Under the pieces are notes generated by a model. The model made no database searches and had not been told where the DNA came from. It worked only from the letters and a program-made list of their open reading frames with translations. DNA of 48,272 nucleotides from an uncultured Rhodobacter sp. GTDB taxonomy: Bacteria > Pseudomonadota > Alphaproteobacteria > Rhodobacterales > Rhodobacteraceae. Shown here piece after piece: positions 26,726-37,802 of this stretch. The position numbers and the translations under genes are program-made. The stretch spans positions 1 through 48,272 of the forward strand of contig CAYXNM010000001.1 in the NCBI GenBank assembly GCA_964466385.1, in the 5' to 3' direction. Within the stretch, counting starts at the first letter, position 1, and the number at the start of each line of letters is the position of its first letter.

Positions 26726-29515
26726 ATGTCTCTGATTTCCCTTTCCCGTCGCGCCCCCATCCCCTTTGAAGCGGATCGTGCGCAGGAGACCGCCGGGCTG
26801 TTCCCCGGCGCTCCGGACAACATCCGCCGGCTCTTGGGCGGCGTTGCCGGGTGCAGCCCCTATTTGCGGGGGTTGATCCGGTCGCAAAAGGATTGGCTGG
26901 AAACCGTGCTGGATGCTGATCCGAACGATGTCATGGCGGGGCTGACCCAACCGGCGGATGTCACCGGGTTCGAGGCCCTGGGCCGCGCCTTGCGGGTGGC
27001 CAAGAAACGCATGGCGCTTTACGTCGCGCTGGCGGATTGCGGCGGGATGTGGACGCTTGACGATGTCACCGGCGCATTGACCATGTTTGCCGATTCCGCC
27101 GTAAAAAGCGCCCTTGATTTTCTGGTGAACGCCGAAATCGAACGCGCGCGCCTGCCGGGTTTCGGCCCGGATGATCGCCAAGACGCGTGTGGCCTGTTCG
27201 TGCTGGCCATGGGGAAAATGGGGGCGTTTGAGCTGAACTATTCCTCGGACATCGATCTCATCGTTTTGTTTGACGACAGCCGGATTGCGCCCGCGAATTT
27301 TGACACCATTCGCGAACGGTTCATTCGCATTACCCGGCGCCTGAGCAAACTTTTGTCCGAGGTCACGGCCGACGGATATGTCTTTCGCACGGATTTGCGC
27401 CTTCGGCCCGACCCATCCGTGACGCCCGTCGCCTTGTCGGTTTCTGCTGCCGAAAGGTATTACGAAAGCGTTGGCCGCACATGGGAACGCGCCGCCTTCA
27501 TCAAGGCCCGCCCCTGTGCCGGAGACATCGTCGCGGGTGAAAACTTTCTGAAACTGCTGCGGCCCTTTGTCTGGCGAAAGCATCTGGATTTTGCGGCCAT
27601 TCAGGACGCCCATGACATGCGTCTGCGGATACGAGAGCACAAATCGCTTGGCGGGCCGATCGTGGTGCCGGGGCATGATCTCAAACTGGGGCGCGGCGGC
27701 ATTCGCGAGATCGAGTTTTTTACGCAAACCCGTCAGATCATCGCGGGCGGTCGCGACCGGGACCTGCAAAAGGCCCGGACACAGGAAGCACTGGCCAGCC
27801 TTACAAAAAAGAAATGGGCGGGAACGGATACGACCGGGGCGCTGTCGCGCGCGCTCATCCGCCTGCGAACACTGGAACACCGTGTCCAGATGCTTGCGGA
27901 TGCGCAGACTCACCTGTTCCCGAAGAACCCCGATCAGATCGCCCGGTTGGCGGCCTTTTGCGACGAAGCGGACACACAGGTATTCATTGCTGAAACCAAA
28001 GCGTTGCTTGAAATGGTTCATGCGCTGACGGAAAGCTTTTTTGCCCCCGGACATGCGACCGTGGCAACGCCGGAGGGGCTGAGCGAAAACACCCGCGGGA
28101 TCATTGAAAAATGGCACCTGCTGCCCGCGTTTCGCAGCGATCGTGCACGGCTCATCTTTGATCGTCTGAAACCGGCCATCCTGTCGCGCATCGCCAAGAC
28201 CGCCAATCCTGATCAGACGCTTGCGCGGTTCGACGGGTTTCTGGCGGGGCTGCCCGCCGGGGTTCAGCTTTTTTCGCTGTTCCAGGCCAATCCCCATCTG
28301 ATCGACCTTCTGGTGGACATTTGCGGCAGTGCGCCCGATCTGGCCGGCTATCTGTCTCATAACGCGCAGGTTTTTGACGGTGTGATCGGCGGGACATTCT
28401 TTGAGCCCTTGCCCGATTGCCCGGCCCTTGCGAAAGACCTGACGCAGGTACTTTCGGGGTTTGACGATTACGAAGACCAGCTCAACGCCGCACGGCGGTG
28501 GAAAAAGGAACAACATTTCCGAATAGGCGTTCAACACCTCAAGGGGATGGTAACGGGGCAACAGGCGGCCTTGCATTATTCAGACCTTGCCGAGGGGGTT
28601 TTGCGGGCGGTGTTGCCCCGTGTCATTGCCGCCTTTGCTGTGCGTCACGGCGCTTTGCCCGGTCGCGGTGCGGTGGTGTTGGGCATGGGGTCTTTGGGGG
28701 CGCGGTCCCTGACGGCGGCTTCTGACCTTGATCTGATCGTCATATACGATGCGCAGGGACACGAGGTATCGGACGGCAGGCGCCCGCTTGCGTTCAGCAC
28801 GTATTTTGCGCGTCTGACACAGTCTTTGGTCACGGCACTCAGTTCGCCGATGGCCGAGGGGCGCCTTTACGAGGTCGACATGCGTTTGCGTCCCTCCGGG
28901 CGCAAAGGCCCCGTTGCCACGGCGCTGAGCGGGTTTGTTCACTATCAGCGGAATGAAGCATGGACGTGGGAGCATCTTGCCCTCACGCGCGCGCGTGTCA
29001 TCGGCGGCAATCCCGATCTGGCGCAAGAGGTTGAACGGGAACGTCAGAAAGTTCTCAACGTCACCCGCAAGACATCAAAGGTGCGCGCCGACGTTGCCGA
29101 CATGCGCCTGCGTCTGGCAGATGCGGCTGATCGCGCGCTGGTGTCCGGGCTGTGGGAGGCAAAACAGGGGCCGGGGCGCATGCTGGATATAGAATTGCTG
29201 GGCCAGACGGCGGCGCTTTTGTCGGCGAGCACAAAGCGGAGCACCGCGGATCAACTGGGGTGCGCGCTCGAACTGGGCTGGCTTACGCCGGGCGAACTCA
29301 CCTCGGTTTTGCAAAGTTACCGGCGACTTTCGGGCGTTCAGCAGGTGACGCGGTTGCTGGTGCGGCGGGGATTGCGCCCGGAAAACCTGGGAGCGGACGG
29401 TCTTAACCTGCTGCTGGCGGAAACCGGCGCGCCCACCGCCCGCATATTGGGGGAAAACCTGGCGCGCGAACAGGAAACAATCGCGCGGCTGATTGATCGA
29501 TGTCTGCGGGTGTGA
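26726..29515 (+). CDS. glnE: Bifunctional glutamine synthetase adenylyltransferase/adenylyl-removing enzyme GlnE
   Basis: 929 aa with two nucleotidyltransferase cores (GKMGAFELNYSSDIDLIVLF and GMGSLGARSLTAASDLDLIVIY), each followed by a ...YEVDMRLRPSG-type motif. Confidence 0.95.
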   Translation: MSLISLSRRAPIPFEADRAQETAGLFPGAPDNIRRLLGGVAGCSPYLRGLIRSQKDWLETVLDADPNDVMAGLTQPADVTGFEALGRALRVAKKRMALYVALADCGGMWTLDDVTGALTMFADSAVKSALDFLVNAEIERARLPGFGPDDRQDACGLFVLAMGKMGAFELNYSSDIDLIVLFDDSRIAPANFDTIRERFIRITRRLSKLLSEVTADGYVFRTDLRLRPDPSVTPVALSVSAAERYYESVGRTWERAAFIKARPCAGDIVAGENFLKLLRPFVWRKHLDFAAIQDAHDMRLRIREHKSLGGPIVVPGHDLKLGRGGIREIEFFTQTRQIIAGGRDRDLQKARTQEALASLTKKKWAGTDTTGALSRALIRLRTLEHRVQMLADAQTHLFPKNPDQIARLAAFCDEADTQVFIAETKALLEMVHALTESFFAPGHATVATPEGLSENTRGIIEKWHLLPAFRSDRARLIFDRLKPAILSRIAKTANPDQTLARFDGFLAGLPAGVQLFSLFQANPHLIDLLVDICGSAPDLAGYLSHNAQVFDGVIGGTFFEPLPDCPALAKDLTQVLSGFDDYEDQLNAARRWKKEQHFRIGVQHLKGMVTGQQAALHYSDLAEGVLRAVLPRVIAAFAVRHGALPGRGAVVLGMGSLGARSLTAASDLDLIVIYDAQGHEVSDGRRPLAFSTYFARLTQSLVTALSSPMAEGRLYEVDMRLRPSGRKGPVATALSGFVHYQRNEAWTWEHLALTRARVIGGNPDLAQEVERERQKVLNVTRKTSKVRADVADMRLRLADAADRALVSGLWEAKQGPGRMLDIELLGQTAALLSASTKRSTADQLGCALELGWLTPGELTSVLQSYRRLSGVQQVTRLLVRRGLRPENLGADGLNLLLAETGAPTARILGENLAREQETIARLIDRCLRV

Positions 29516-29625
29516 GCCGGGAACCTGACGTTCCAACCACCCGCAAGGCAGAATTCGTTTGATGGCGCGCGAAAAATCTATAATCCCTGCAAAAGGAACA
29601 TCTGCAACACAGGGGCGGACGTGGT

Positions 29626-29904
29626 ATGAACAAAGGAAATCTCAAGGTCGACCCGAGGGGGCTTATTTTTGAAAGCTACCGGATGGAGGGCATCTCGGTT
29701 CAGGAATGCCGGGCGATCTTTCTTGACTGGGCTTTGGGCCTTGCAAGCGGGGACATGGAGACAGCGCTTGGCGATCTTCATGATGAATATGTCGCCAAAT
29801 CCCCCGATCACCCCATGAGCGGCCTGATCAAAGCGGGGCTGAACGCTGAAAAAACCCGGCAGGGACGGCGCGGCGGGCGCAGGGGAAAACTGCGAAATAT
29901 CTGA
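29626..29904 (+). CDS. Small hypothetical protein (92 aa) with a basic C-terminal tail
   Basis: The ORF is clean and plausibly coding, and an exact TATAAT lies at 29579-29584 upstream. The N-terminus (MNKGNLKVDPRGLIFESYRMEGISVQECRAIFLDWAL) looks like a conserved Rhodobacterales hypothetical from memory only. The antisense ORF 29578..29946 was rejected. Confidence 0.5.
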   Translation: MNKGNLKVDPRGLIFESYRMEGISVQECRAIFLDWALGLASGDMETALGDLHDEYVAKSPDHPMSGLIKAGLNAEKTRQGRRGGRRGKLRNI

Positions 29905-29957
29905 GCGCGGCAGGAACGCCGAAACGGCAACAAACATAAAGGGCAAACCGAAAACCC

Positions 29958-31013
29958 ATGGTTCCGCTGGAAAAACTGGAACAGATCGCCGCCAGGTTCG
30001 GGTTTCTCGAAGCCAAGCTGGCCGAGGGCGCCCATGAGGACGATTTTGCCGCTCTGGGGCGTGAATACGCGGAGCTGCGACCTGTGGTCGAGCAGATCAC
30101 GGCCTATCGCGCGATGCTGGATGACCTGAACAGCGCGCAGGAAATGTTGGCTGATCCCGAGATGAAGGCCCTTGCGCAGGAGGAAATCGACGACCTCGGG
30201 GGCAAGCTTCCCGATCTGGAACAGAAGCTGAAAATCAGCCTGCTTCCGCGCGACAATGCCGACAGGAAACCGGCGATCATCGAAATCCGCGCGGGGACCG
30301 GCGGGGACGAAGCCGCGCTCTTTGCCGGCGATCTGTTGCGCATGTATCAGCGATTTGCCGAAAAAACCGGCTGGACATTCACGCTGATGTCCGAAACTCC
30401 GACCGAGTTGGGGGGGTACAAGGAGGTGATCGCCAGCGTTCAGGGAACGGATGTCTTCGCGCGCCTCAAATTCGAAAGCGGCGTTCATCGCGTGCAGCGC
30501 GTGCCTGCGACGGAATCAGGCGGGCGCGTTCACACATCCGCCGCAACCGTCGCCGTCCTGCCAGAGGCCGAGGATGTGGATCTTGTCATTCCGCAAGGTG
30601 ATCTGCGCATCGACACCATGCGTGCAAGCGGCGCGGGCGGGCAGCACGTCAATACCACCGACAGCGCGGTTCGGATCACACATGTTCCAACCGGTATCAT
30701 GGTGGTCAGTGCGGAAAAATCCCAGCACCGCAACCGCGAGATTGCCATGCAGGTGCTGCGAACGCGGCTATATGATCTGGAGCGCCGGAAAGTCGCCGAG
30801 GAACGTGCGGCGGATCGCAAAGGGCAGGTGGGCTCCGGCGACCGGTCCGAACGGATACGCACCTATAATTTCCCGCAAGGCCGGCTGACGGATCACCGCG
30901 TCAATCTTACGCTATACAAGCTCGAACAGGTCTTGCAGGGCGACCTCGATGAAATCATCGACGCCCTCATCGCGGATGATCAAGCCACCCGTCTGGCGGA
31001 TCTCGACCCGTGA
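29958..31013 (+). CDS. prfA: Peptide chain release factor 1
   Basis: The PAT tripeptide (RVPATES) and the GGQ motif ([16 protein letters not shown]) are present. Confidence 0.97.
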   Translation: MVPLEKLEQIAARFGFLEAKLAEGAHEDDFAALGREYAELRPVVEQITAYRAMLDDLNSAQEMLADPEMKALAQEEIDDLGGKLPDLEQKLKISLLPRDNADRKPAIIEIRAGTGGDEAALFAGDLLRMYQRFAEKTGWTFTLMSETPTELGGYKEVIASVQGTDVFARLKFESGVHRVQRVPATESGGRVHTSAATVAVLPEAEDVDLVIPQGDLRIDTMRASGAGGQHVNTTDSAVRITHVPTGIMVVSAEKSQHRNREIAMQVLRTRLYDLERRKVAEERAADRKGQVGSGDRSERIRTYNFPQGRLTDHRVNLTLYKLEQVLQGDLDEIIDALIADDQATRLADLDP

Positions 31014-31846
31014 GTTCCGTCCGCTCAGCGCTTTCTAAGACAAACCAGATCCTTGAGAACACCCGTATTCCCGACGCCGGACGGGATGCAAGGCGGCTGG
31101 TGGCGCACGCCCTGGGGGTAAAGGCCGGGCGGCTCAACCTCGTGTTGGATGAGCCGTTGAGCGACCGATCCCGCACTATTCTTGATCGCGCCATTGCCGA
31201 TCGTCTGGCGCGCAAGCCGGTTTCGCGAATTCTCGGATACCGGGATTTCTGGGAACACCGGTTTCAGATCTCTGGCGATGTGCTCGATCCGCGCCCCGAA
31301 ACCGAGTTGCTGGTTGAATTGGCGTTGAGCCGCCCCTTTGGGCGGGTTCTTGACCTTGGAACGGGAAGCGGGTGCATTCTTCTGTCAATCCTCGCGGCGC
31401 GGAGCGGGGTCACCGGGACCGGCTCGGACATCAGCCCCGGGGCACTTGAAACGGCATCGATAAACCGCGCGGCACTTGGGCTTGAAGATCGTGCCGAGCT
31501 TGTGCAATCGGACTGGTTTTCCGGCCTTAGGGGTGAATATGACCTGATCGTTTCCAACCCGCCTTACATCGGGGCCGGGGAAATGCTCTCGCTTGCCCGC
31601 GAAGTGACGAAATGGGACCCTTTTGCTGCACTCTGCCCCGGCGGGACGGGGCTGGAGGCATACGCGACGATTTCCGACGGTTTACGGGGCTTTTTGTCGC
31701 CAAAAGGCCGCGCGCTGTTTGAGATTGGGGCTGATCAGGGTGCCGAAGTCAGCCGCATATTTCTGTCCGCCGGGTTTGGCAATTGCAGGGTCCACAAGGA
31801 CCTGGACGGTCGTGATCGGGTGGTCGAACTGCATAATTCACCCTGA
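31010..31846 (+). CDS. prmC: Release factor glutamine N5-methyltransferase PrmC (HemK)
   Basis: A GTGA overlap joins it to prfA. The [13 protein letters not shown] motif and the NPPY motif (VSNPPYI) are present. Confidence 0.9.
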   Translation: MSSVRSALSKTNQILENTRIPDAGRDARRLVAHALGVKAGRLNLVLDEPLSDRSRTILDRAIADRLARKPVSRILGYRDFWEHRFQISGDVLDPRPETELLVELALSRPFGRVLDLGTGSGCILLSILAARSGVTGTGSDISPGALETASINRAALGLEDRAELVQSDWFSGLRGEYDLIVSNPPYIGAGEMLSLAREVTKWDPFAALCPGGTGLEAYATISDGLRGFLSPKGRALFEIGADQGAEVSRIFLSAGFGNCRVHKDLDGRDRVVELHNSP

Positions 31847-32077
31847 TTGGCGATATATTTGTCGGAATCAGGCGAAAATGCACCCGATGTTCAGCATTGC
31901 ACTTGTTTTGTTCCATATGGAATGTATAGGGTTCGGACAGGCGGATGATTGATCTTCAATGCATCTCAACCGCAAATCGCCCTAGACGAAGATGTTGGGA
32001 ATTCACAGCAATCGCTGCAACCGAACACAAAACAGAATCCCGGAACGGCCCTATCAGGGCACAGAAAATCAGAGACT

Positions 32078-32560
32078 ATGAGATCATCGAACAAATCGCG
32101 CTCGCGCAATAAAAACCAGAACCGTCGGTCCTCGACCAACGTGATCAACCGGGTCTTTGACAGTTCCGGACCCGAGGGAAAAGTGCGGGGAACGCCCCAG
32201 CAGATCATCGACAAATATCAGGGGCTGGCGCGGGACGCGCAATTGTCGGGCGACCGCGTCGCCGCAGAAAATTTTTTGCAGCATTCCGAACATTATTCGC
32301 GATTGCTGAACGAGGCGAACCGCGAGGCTGCGCAGCGCCGCGAAGCGCACGAAGCCAGGCAGGAACAGCACAACCACCGCAACGAAAAGCAATCAGGCCA
32401 CGACACCCGCCCGGATCCGTCTTCCGAGCAGCCCGATGTTGTCGAAACCGTGCGGGACGGACCGGGCGATGCACCCTCCGGGCTGGTTGAAACACCCGAA
32501 GGAAACCGTTCGGCGGATCGGAAAACGTCACCCGGCCAAAGCGACCAGGCGGCTGAATAG
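32078..32560 (+). CDS. DUF4167 domain-containing protein
   Basis: I prefer the ATG at 32078 (MRSSNKSRSRNKNQNRR...). The core RVFDSSGPEGKVRGTPQQIIDKYQGLARDA...AENFLQHSEHYSRLL matches my recollection of DUF4167. A low-complexity acidic/basic tail follows. Confidence 0.75.
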   Translation: MRSSNKSRSRNKNQNRRSSTNVINRVFDSSGPEGKVRGTPQQIIDKYQGLARDAQLSGDRVAAENFLQHSEHYSRLLNEANREAAQRREAHEARQEQHNHRNEKQSGHDTRPDPSSEQPDVVETVRDGPGDAPSGLVETPEGNRSADRKTSPGQSDQAAE

Positions 32561-33439
32561 TCAGTCCGTTCGGGCCGAGAGTCGCTGATTGCGCGCGCGC
32601 GACTGATCCAGGGCCCGCGCAAGGGTGCAGAAATCCTCGATCGACAGGTTTTCCGCGCGCTCGGTCGGTTGAATTCCCACGTTTTCCAGCAGTTCGGTGA
32701 TGTTTGGATGGAGTGAGCGCAGCGATGCGCGCAGCATTTTCCGCCTTTGCCCGAATGCCCTGGATACCACCAGCCCCAGTGTTGCCTCATTGGCAGGGGC
32801 CAGCACTTGCGCACGTCTCGTGATGTGGACAACGGCGGAATTGACCTTGGGGGCGGGGGTGAAGGCCTGCGGGGGGATTTCCATGACGATCCGCGCCTCG
32901 GCCCGCCATTGCGTCAGGATCGAAAGGCGTCCGTAGGCCTTTGATCCGGGGCCTGCAACGATACGCGCCGCAACCTCCTTTTGGAACATCAGTGTCAGGC
33001 TTTCCCAAAACGGAGGCCAGACTGGCGGGGTCAGCCATCGGATCAGAAGTTCGGTTCCGATGTTGTAAGGCAGGTTGGCGACCACTTTGACCGGATCATT
33101 CAAGACCGCGCGGTGATCGAGTGTCAGCGCGTCGGCGGAAATCACCTCCAGCTTTCCGGGGTAATGATCGGCGATTTCCTGCAAGGCCGGCAATGCGCGT
33201 TCGTCTTTTTCAACCGCCACGACGCGCCGCGCGCCACCGGCCAGCAGGGCGCGTGTCAACCCGCCCGGTCCGGGACCGATTTCCAGAATGTCGGCGCTGG
33301 TCAGATCGCCCGCGCAGCGCGCGATCTTGCCCGTCAGGTTCAGGTCCATCAAGAAGTTCTGACCCAGTGATTTTCGCGCCGCCAGTCCGTGGCGGGCGAT
33401 CACGTCGCGAAGCGCTGGCAATCCGTCGATGGATGCCAT
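32561..33439 (-). CDS. rsmA: 16S rRNA (adenine1518/1519-N6)-dimethyltransferase RsmA/KsgA
   Basis: Motifs [19 protein letters not shown] and ANLPYNI are present. Confidence 0.9.
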   Translation of the reverse strand: MASIDGLPALRDVIARHGLAARKSLGQNFLMDLNLTGKIARCAGDLTSADILEIGPGPGGLTRALLAGGARRVVAVEKDERALPALQEIADHYPGKLEVISADALTLDHRAVLNDPVKVVANLPYNIGTELLIRWLTPPVWPPFWESLTLMFQKEVAARIVAGPGSKAYGRLSILTQWRAEARIVMEIPPQAFTPAPKVNSAVVHITRRAQVLAPANEATLGLVVSRAFGQRRKMLRASLRSLHPNITELLENVGIQPTERAENLSIEDFCTLARALDQSRARNQRLSARTD

Positions 33440-34428
33440 CAGCTTTTCCGCGCGGAATGCGCGGCCAGGTTTTTCGCTTCGCGCAATGCGGCGATCAGGC
33501 TTGCCGGGTTGGCGCGGTGCTTGCCCGCAAGATCAAGCGCCGTGCCGTGATCGGGTGACGTTCGTACGAATGGCAGTCCAAGCGTGATATTGGTGCCGCC
33601 GAAAAAGTCCAGCGTCTTGATGGGGATCAACGCCTGATCGTGATACATCATGACTGCAACGTCATATTCCCGCCGCGCGTCGGCATGAAACATCGTGTCC
33701 GCTGCCAGCGGCCCGACGATATTCATACCGGTCTTTTGCAACGCGCGGATGACGGGGGACATGATCCCGATCTCTTCCGCCCCCATGGCGCCGCCTTCAC
33801 CGGCATGCGGGTTAAGCCCGCCGACCGCAATGCGCGGATTGGGAAGGTCGAACATCCCGACAAGGGCGGAATGCGTGATTTCCAGCGTTTCACGCAGCAA
33901 AGCAGGCGTCAGAACCCCAGCGACTTCGCCAAGCGGAATGTGGATCGTCACGGGGACGACGCGCAGTCCGGGGCAGGACAGCATCATGACGGATCGTGGA
34001 ACATCGGCGAGATGGGCCAAAAACTCCGTATGGCCCGGAAAGGCAAACCCGGCGCCGTCCTTCAGGGCCTTCTTGTGGATGGGGTTGGTCACGATGGCGC
34101 TGGCATGTCCGGTCGTGACCAGATCAACCGCGCGCCTGATGGTGTCAATCACACAAGGTGCGTTTTTTATGTTCGGGCGGCCAAAATGATTGGGCGCGGC
34201 AAACGGCTGATGCAACAGGGGCAGACCCTCGCGCATCGCGTTTGGCGCTTCGTCCGGGGCGGTGATTTCCCGCAACGGCAGCTTGCCGGCGGCCTTTGCC
34301 GCATGGTCCCGGTCCGCCAGCAGGAAAAAGCAGGTCTCCTCAAAAAGCTCGCGCCATGCAAGAAACGACAGCTCCAACCCGACGCCGGCAGGTTCGCCCG
34401 ACGTCAGGACAATGGGCGCCGGGGTCAT
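33439..34428 (-). CDS. pdxA: 4-hydroxythreonine-4-phosphate dehydrogenase PdxA
   Basis: The start is the ATG at 34428 ([17 protein letters not shown]), overlapping the surA stop in an ATGA junction. [10 protein letters not shown] and [13 protein letters not shown] motifs are present. Confidence 0.9.
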   Translation of the reverse strand: MTPAPIVLTSGEPAGVGLELSFLAWRELFEETCFFLLADRDHAAKAAGKLPLREITAPDEAPNAMREGLPLLHQPFAAPNHFGRPNIKNAPCVIDTIRRAVDLVTTGHASAIVTNPIHKKALKDGAGFAFPGHTEFLAHLADVPRSVMMLSCPGLRVVPVTIHIPLGEVAGVLTPALLRETLEITHSALVGMFDLPNPRIAVGGLNPHAGEGGAMGAEEIGIMSPVIRALQKTGMNIVGPLAADTMFHADARREYDVAVMMYHDQALIPIKTLDFFGGTNITLGLPFVRTSPDHGTALDLAGKHRANPASLIAALREAKNLAAHSARKS

Positions 34429-35636
34429 GGCGTGACGATGATGGCATCGCCCTTCAGTTCCTGAAGATAGCCGTCGCCAAAGGCCTGCATGCGCTGCGCA
34501 AACAAGGCCACCCTGACCTGCTCGCGATTGCCTTCGGACAGTTTGTTGGTGCGACCGCACAGCATGAGAAACATCAGAAACCCGTCATCGTCGCCCTGGG
34601 TCAGATTGGTGGACACTTCGTTCGCGTCAAGGTTCGCCAATTCCCGCGCGATGGATTTCGGTGTTTTGCTGACCGCGGTCACCGTTTGGGAGAAATACTC
34701 CTCCGGGTAGGCATCAGCCTGCGCCATCAGGTCGCTGCAGGTGTCAATCGACCCCTTGATCTTCGCCGCCTTCGCCAGCGTTTCAGGCGTGCGCCCGCCA
34801 GGCAGCAGGAGTGTTGCGTAATCATAGGCCAGTGTGCGCGCGGCAACCGTGCGATTGTCGCGAATGCCGCGCAACTGGAACAGGGCAACGGCATTGGGCA
34901 GACGAACGGGCGCGGTTACCCCCCCCACGCCAAGCGTGATCAGCGTGTTGCCGATACCGCCGGGCAGGCGCGACATGGGCATCCAGTCCAGCTTGCCCCC
35001 GTTTGCCCGGCTGGGCGAGGCGGAATAGGTCAGCGCGGCTTCTTCGAAGTCCTGAAAACTGTGGATACGGGCCGACAATTCTCGCGCCAGCGTCATGCTT
35101 TGTTCTTCGGCACCCTCAGGCAATGGCAGGATCAGTTCGGAAACCAGAACGGACGCGCCCACAGCCGTGGTTCCAAGCGCCATTGCGGTGTCGAGTTCGC
35201 TTTCCGTGACGAACGCCTTGGACTGGAATTTGGCCTGAATGACCTTGCGCCACAGCAAACCGGCACTGACGAAATCGGCAAAGGTTTCGGGAAAGATGTT
35301 TTCGCGCGCCAGACCTTCGATGAACTGCTCGGTCGTCAGATTAGCGCGGTTCGCAAATTCCGCCTGACCGGCGATCTTTTCGTCTTCACTCAGACCGATC
35401 CCCATCGAAACGGCAACCTGCTGGCGCAGACGATCGTCGATCAGGTCGTCGCGCGCCTGTGCTTCCAGATCGCCAAGCGTGCCCAGAACCAAAAGAAAAT
35501 GGGCGCGTTGTTCGATCTCGAAATAAGTCACCGCGCTGCCGTTGACCTTGACCGCCGCCGAATAGGGGCTCTGACTAAAGGCCGGGATCGGCGCCAGAAC
35601 CAGCGTTGCCGCCCAGAAGAACCATTTCAGTCTCAT
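34425..35636 (-). CDS. surA: SurA-like periplasmic chaperone / peptidyl-prolyl isomerase
   Basis: The start is the ATG at 35636, giving the signal peptide MRLKWFFWAATLVLAPIPAFS. It occupies the canonical position between lptD and pdxA. Confidence 0.8.
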   Translation of the reverse strand: MRLKWFFWAATLVLAPIPAFSQSPYSAAVKVNGSAVTYFEIEQRAHFLLVLGTLGDLEAQARDDLIDDRLRQQVAVSMGIGLSEDEKIAGQAEFANRANLTTEQFIEGLARENIFPETFADFVSAGLLWRKVIQAKFQSKAFVTESELDTAMALGTTAVGASVLVSELILPLPEGAEEQSMTLARELSARIHSFQDFEEAALTYSASPSRANGGKLDWMPMSRLPGGIGNTLITLGVGGVTAPVRLPNAVALFQLRGIRDNRTVAARTLAYDYATLLLPGGRTPETLAKAAKIKGSIDTCSDLMAQADAYPEEYFSQTVTAVSKTPKSIARELANLDANEVSTNLTQGDDDGFLMFLMLCGRTNKLSEGNREQVRVALFAQRMQAFGDGYLQELKGDAIIVTP

Positions 35637-35662
35637 TGCGTTCAATCCAATCCGCATGTCAC

Positions 35663-37801
35663 CTACCAAAACCCATTGCACGTCGCGCCCGCGGTTTCGC
35701 TTGCGGACCGGGTTCCAAATCCTGCCAGCGACACCTGCAAACCCAGATTTGTCGACCCACCCACGTTAGAGGATGCCGCGAATTGACGCGAGAGGGAAAG
35801 ATCAACTTTAATGCATTCGTTGCTGTAAGTTAACGCAACGCCCGCGTCGCTGGCGGTGTTGGTCGTCAGGTCCATTCGCCAGTTGGCCCCCGTGCGCCAG
35901 TTGTTGCCCAGATCGTACCCCGCATCGACCAGCCATTCCGAGCGGTCCGTGGCGTTGCCCGCAGCCCCGCTTGCCAGCCAAAGATAGCTGCTGGTTGCGT
36001 CAAACCTCTTACCCTTGAAAGCCAGCCGGGTTTCGTTCTTGGCAAGTCCGGACGCAGGCCCGTAAACTGACCGCTGGACGATCTGAAACCTGTCAGGCAA
36101 AGTCATGCGCCCGGCCAGAACATAGCTTGACGCAAGACCGCTCAGGCCCGACGCAACCGCAAATTGCCCCGGATCGGTCAGGCGCAAAACCTGTCCGAGC
36201 GCGGCTTCGAAATGCCAGCCCTTGTCGGAACGGCGTGAAAACCCAAAGCCGATATTTGCCCGCAATCCCCGTTCGATCTGGTCCGTTCCCGCAAAGTGGT
36301 TGAGCGCGAACAGGCTGGAGGTTTCGAATTCGACCTGCGTGCTGTCTTCGTCGGGAACGGTCGTGTACGTGGCCGGAGACCAGACCAGTTGCATACGCGG
36401 CTCGATGACCGAAGTCGCACGCGTCGTCGTTTTCGCCATTGGAAGGCGAAAATCAAGCGCGGCAATGGGCGCGAAGCGCGTGATCGGGCTTGGGAACGTG
36501 CTGTCCTGCGCGGCGTTGTAATAATCGGCATGAATCTCTGCCGTTGCGGAGGTCACCAGACCGTTAGTGGCGAACCAGCTTTTGCTCCAGTCCGCTGACG
36601 AAGAGAGCCGCAGCGTGTCCCGCCCGACGATGTCGGCCCCGGAAGCGCGCTGATAGGAATTGACCGACAGGTCGAACCCGCCCTGACCGCCCAGTCCCGC
36701 CGGGGCAACGCGTTTACGCAGCCTGACCTCGCCCAGGAAAAATGGGATTTCGTCATTGGCCAACGCCGTGTTGAGCGACCGGAACCCGGTGATCTGCGAT
36801 TGGAAAAAGGCTTGTCGTGTGACCTTGTTGAGGCGCACAAAGCTTTCCAGCCGCTTTGTCCTGGAAAACCCATGGTCCGACAAGTAGCTGTTGTCCGAGG
36901 TGAACTGCAATTGCATGTCCCCGTTGAAACCGTTCCTGAATCGCATGGAACCATCCGCAAACAGGTAGGCCCGCAAGGTGTTGGTCGCCGTCGTGTCATT
37001 GCTGAGTGCACCGTTCAGGTTCAGTTGCCCGTTGGAGAAGCGCTTGCGAAAGGTAAAGCCAAGTGTCGAGGCCCCGCTGGAATAGATGAACGGTTTGAGC
37101 GTGACGTCGGCATAATCGCCAAGGGTGATGAAATAGGGGGCGCCGATCCCGTATCCCAGGCTGGCAGAACCGCTGAATTCGGGCACCAGGAAACCGTTTG
37201 CGCGCCGAACGGTCGGTCCGGGCACGCGCAGGCGCGGGATATAGGCCACAGGAACATTCCCGAACCGCAGTTGCGCGCGCTCGAAAAACAGCAGCTTGCG
37301 TTCTTCGTCGTGAATGATCCGCCGCGCGCGGATCTGCCAAAGGGGCGTGGGGTGGGCCAGTGAAACCGAACAGGTCGAAGCCGCGGCCTGCACCAGTTGG
37401 TTGTAGCGCCCGTCCGTTCGACTGATCTCAGAGGCGGAAAGCTGCAATTGCTGGTTCAGAACCATGCGCGCGCTTTTGAGGATGCCGTTTTTCATGTCGC
37501 CCGACAATTGGGCAAAACTGGCGACGATCGTCACTTCCGTACCGTTGGTCAGACGGATCGGACCTTCGGCGGTGATCTTGTCGTTCTTTTCGTCATAGGT
37601 CAGTTGCGTCGCTTCCATGCGACTGTCGCCGATTGTGATCACAACATGGCCGCTGGCCCGCAGAACCCGGTAACCCGTGGTGTAAACGATCCGGTCCGCC
37701 GTGAGTGACGCATAGGACTGGTCGGTCGCCTGCGCGCTTGCCCCGACCCCTGAAAGGGCAAGTCCGAAAACGGCAACGAGACAGCGGATCAGTCCTCGCA
37801 T
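35663..37801 (-). CDS. lptD: LPS assembly outer membrane protein LptD
   Basis: 712 aa with a signal peptide ending GASAQA. It has an OstA-like N-terminal domain and a large beta-barrel ending in an aromatic residue (…CNGFW). Confidence 0.9.
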   Translation of the reverse strand: MRGLIRCLVAVFGLALSGVGASAQATDQSYASLTADRIVYTTGYRVLRASGHVVITIGDSRMEATQLTYDEKNDKITAEGPIRLTNGTEVTIVASFAQLSGDMKNGILKSARMVLNQQLQLSASEISRTDGRYNQLVQAAASTCSVSLAHPTPLWQIRARRIIHDEERKLLFFERAQLRFGNVPVAYIPRLRVPGPTVRRANGFLVPEFSGSASLGYGIGAPYFITLGDYADVTLKPFIYSSGASTLGFTFRKRFSNGQLNLNGALSNDTTATNTLRAYLFADGSMRFRNGFNGDMQLQFTSDNSYLSDHGFSRTKRLESFVRLNKVTRQAFFQSQITGFRSLNTALANDEIPFFLGEVRLRKRVAPAGLGGQGGFDLSVNSYQRASGADIVGRDTLRLSSSADWSKSWFATNGLVTSATAEIHADYYNAAQDSTFPSPITRFAPIAALDFRLPMAKTTTRATSVIEPRMQLVWSPATYTTVPDEDSTQVEFETSSLFALNHFAGTDQIERGLRANIGFGFSRRSDKGWHFEAALGQVLRLTDPGQFAVASGLSGLASSYVLAGRMTLPDRFQIVQRSVYGPASGLAKNETRLAFKGKRFDATSSYLWLASGAAGNATDRSEWLVDAGYDLGNNWRTGANWRMDLTTNTASDAGVALTYSNECIKVDLSLSRQFAASSNVGGSTNLGLQVSLAGFGTRSASETAGATCNGFW

Positions 37802-37802
37802 G

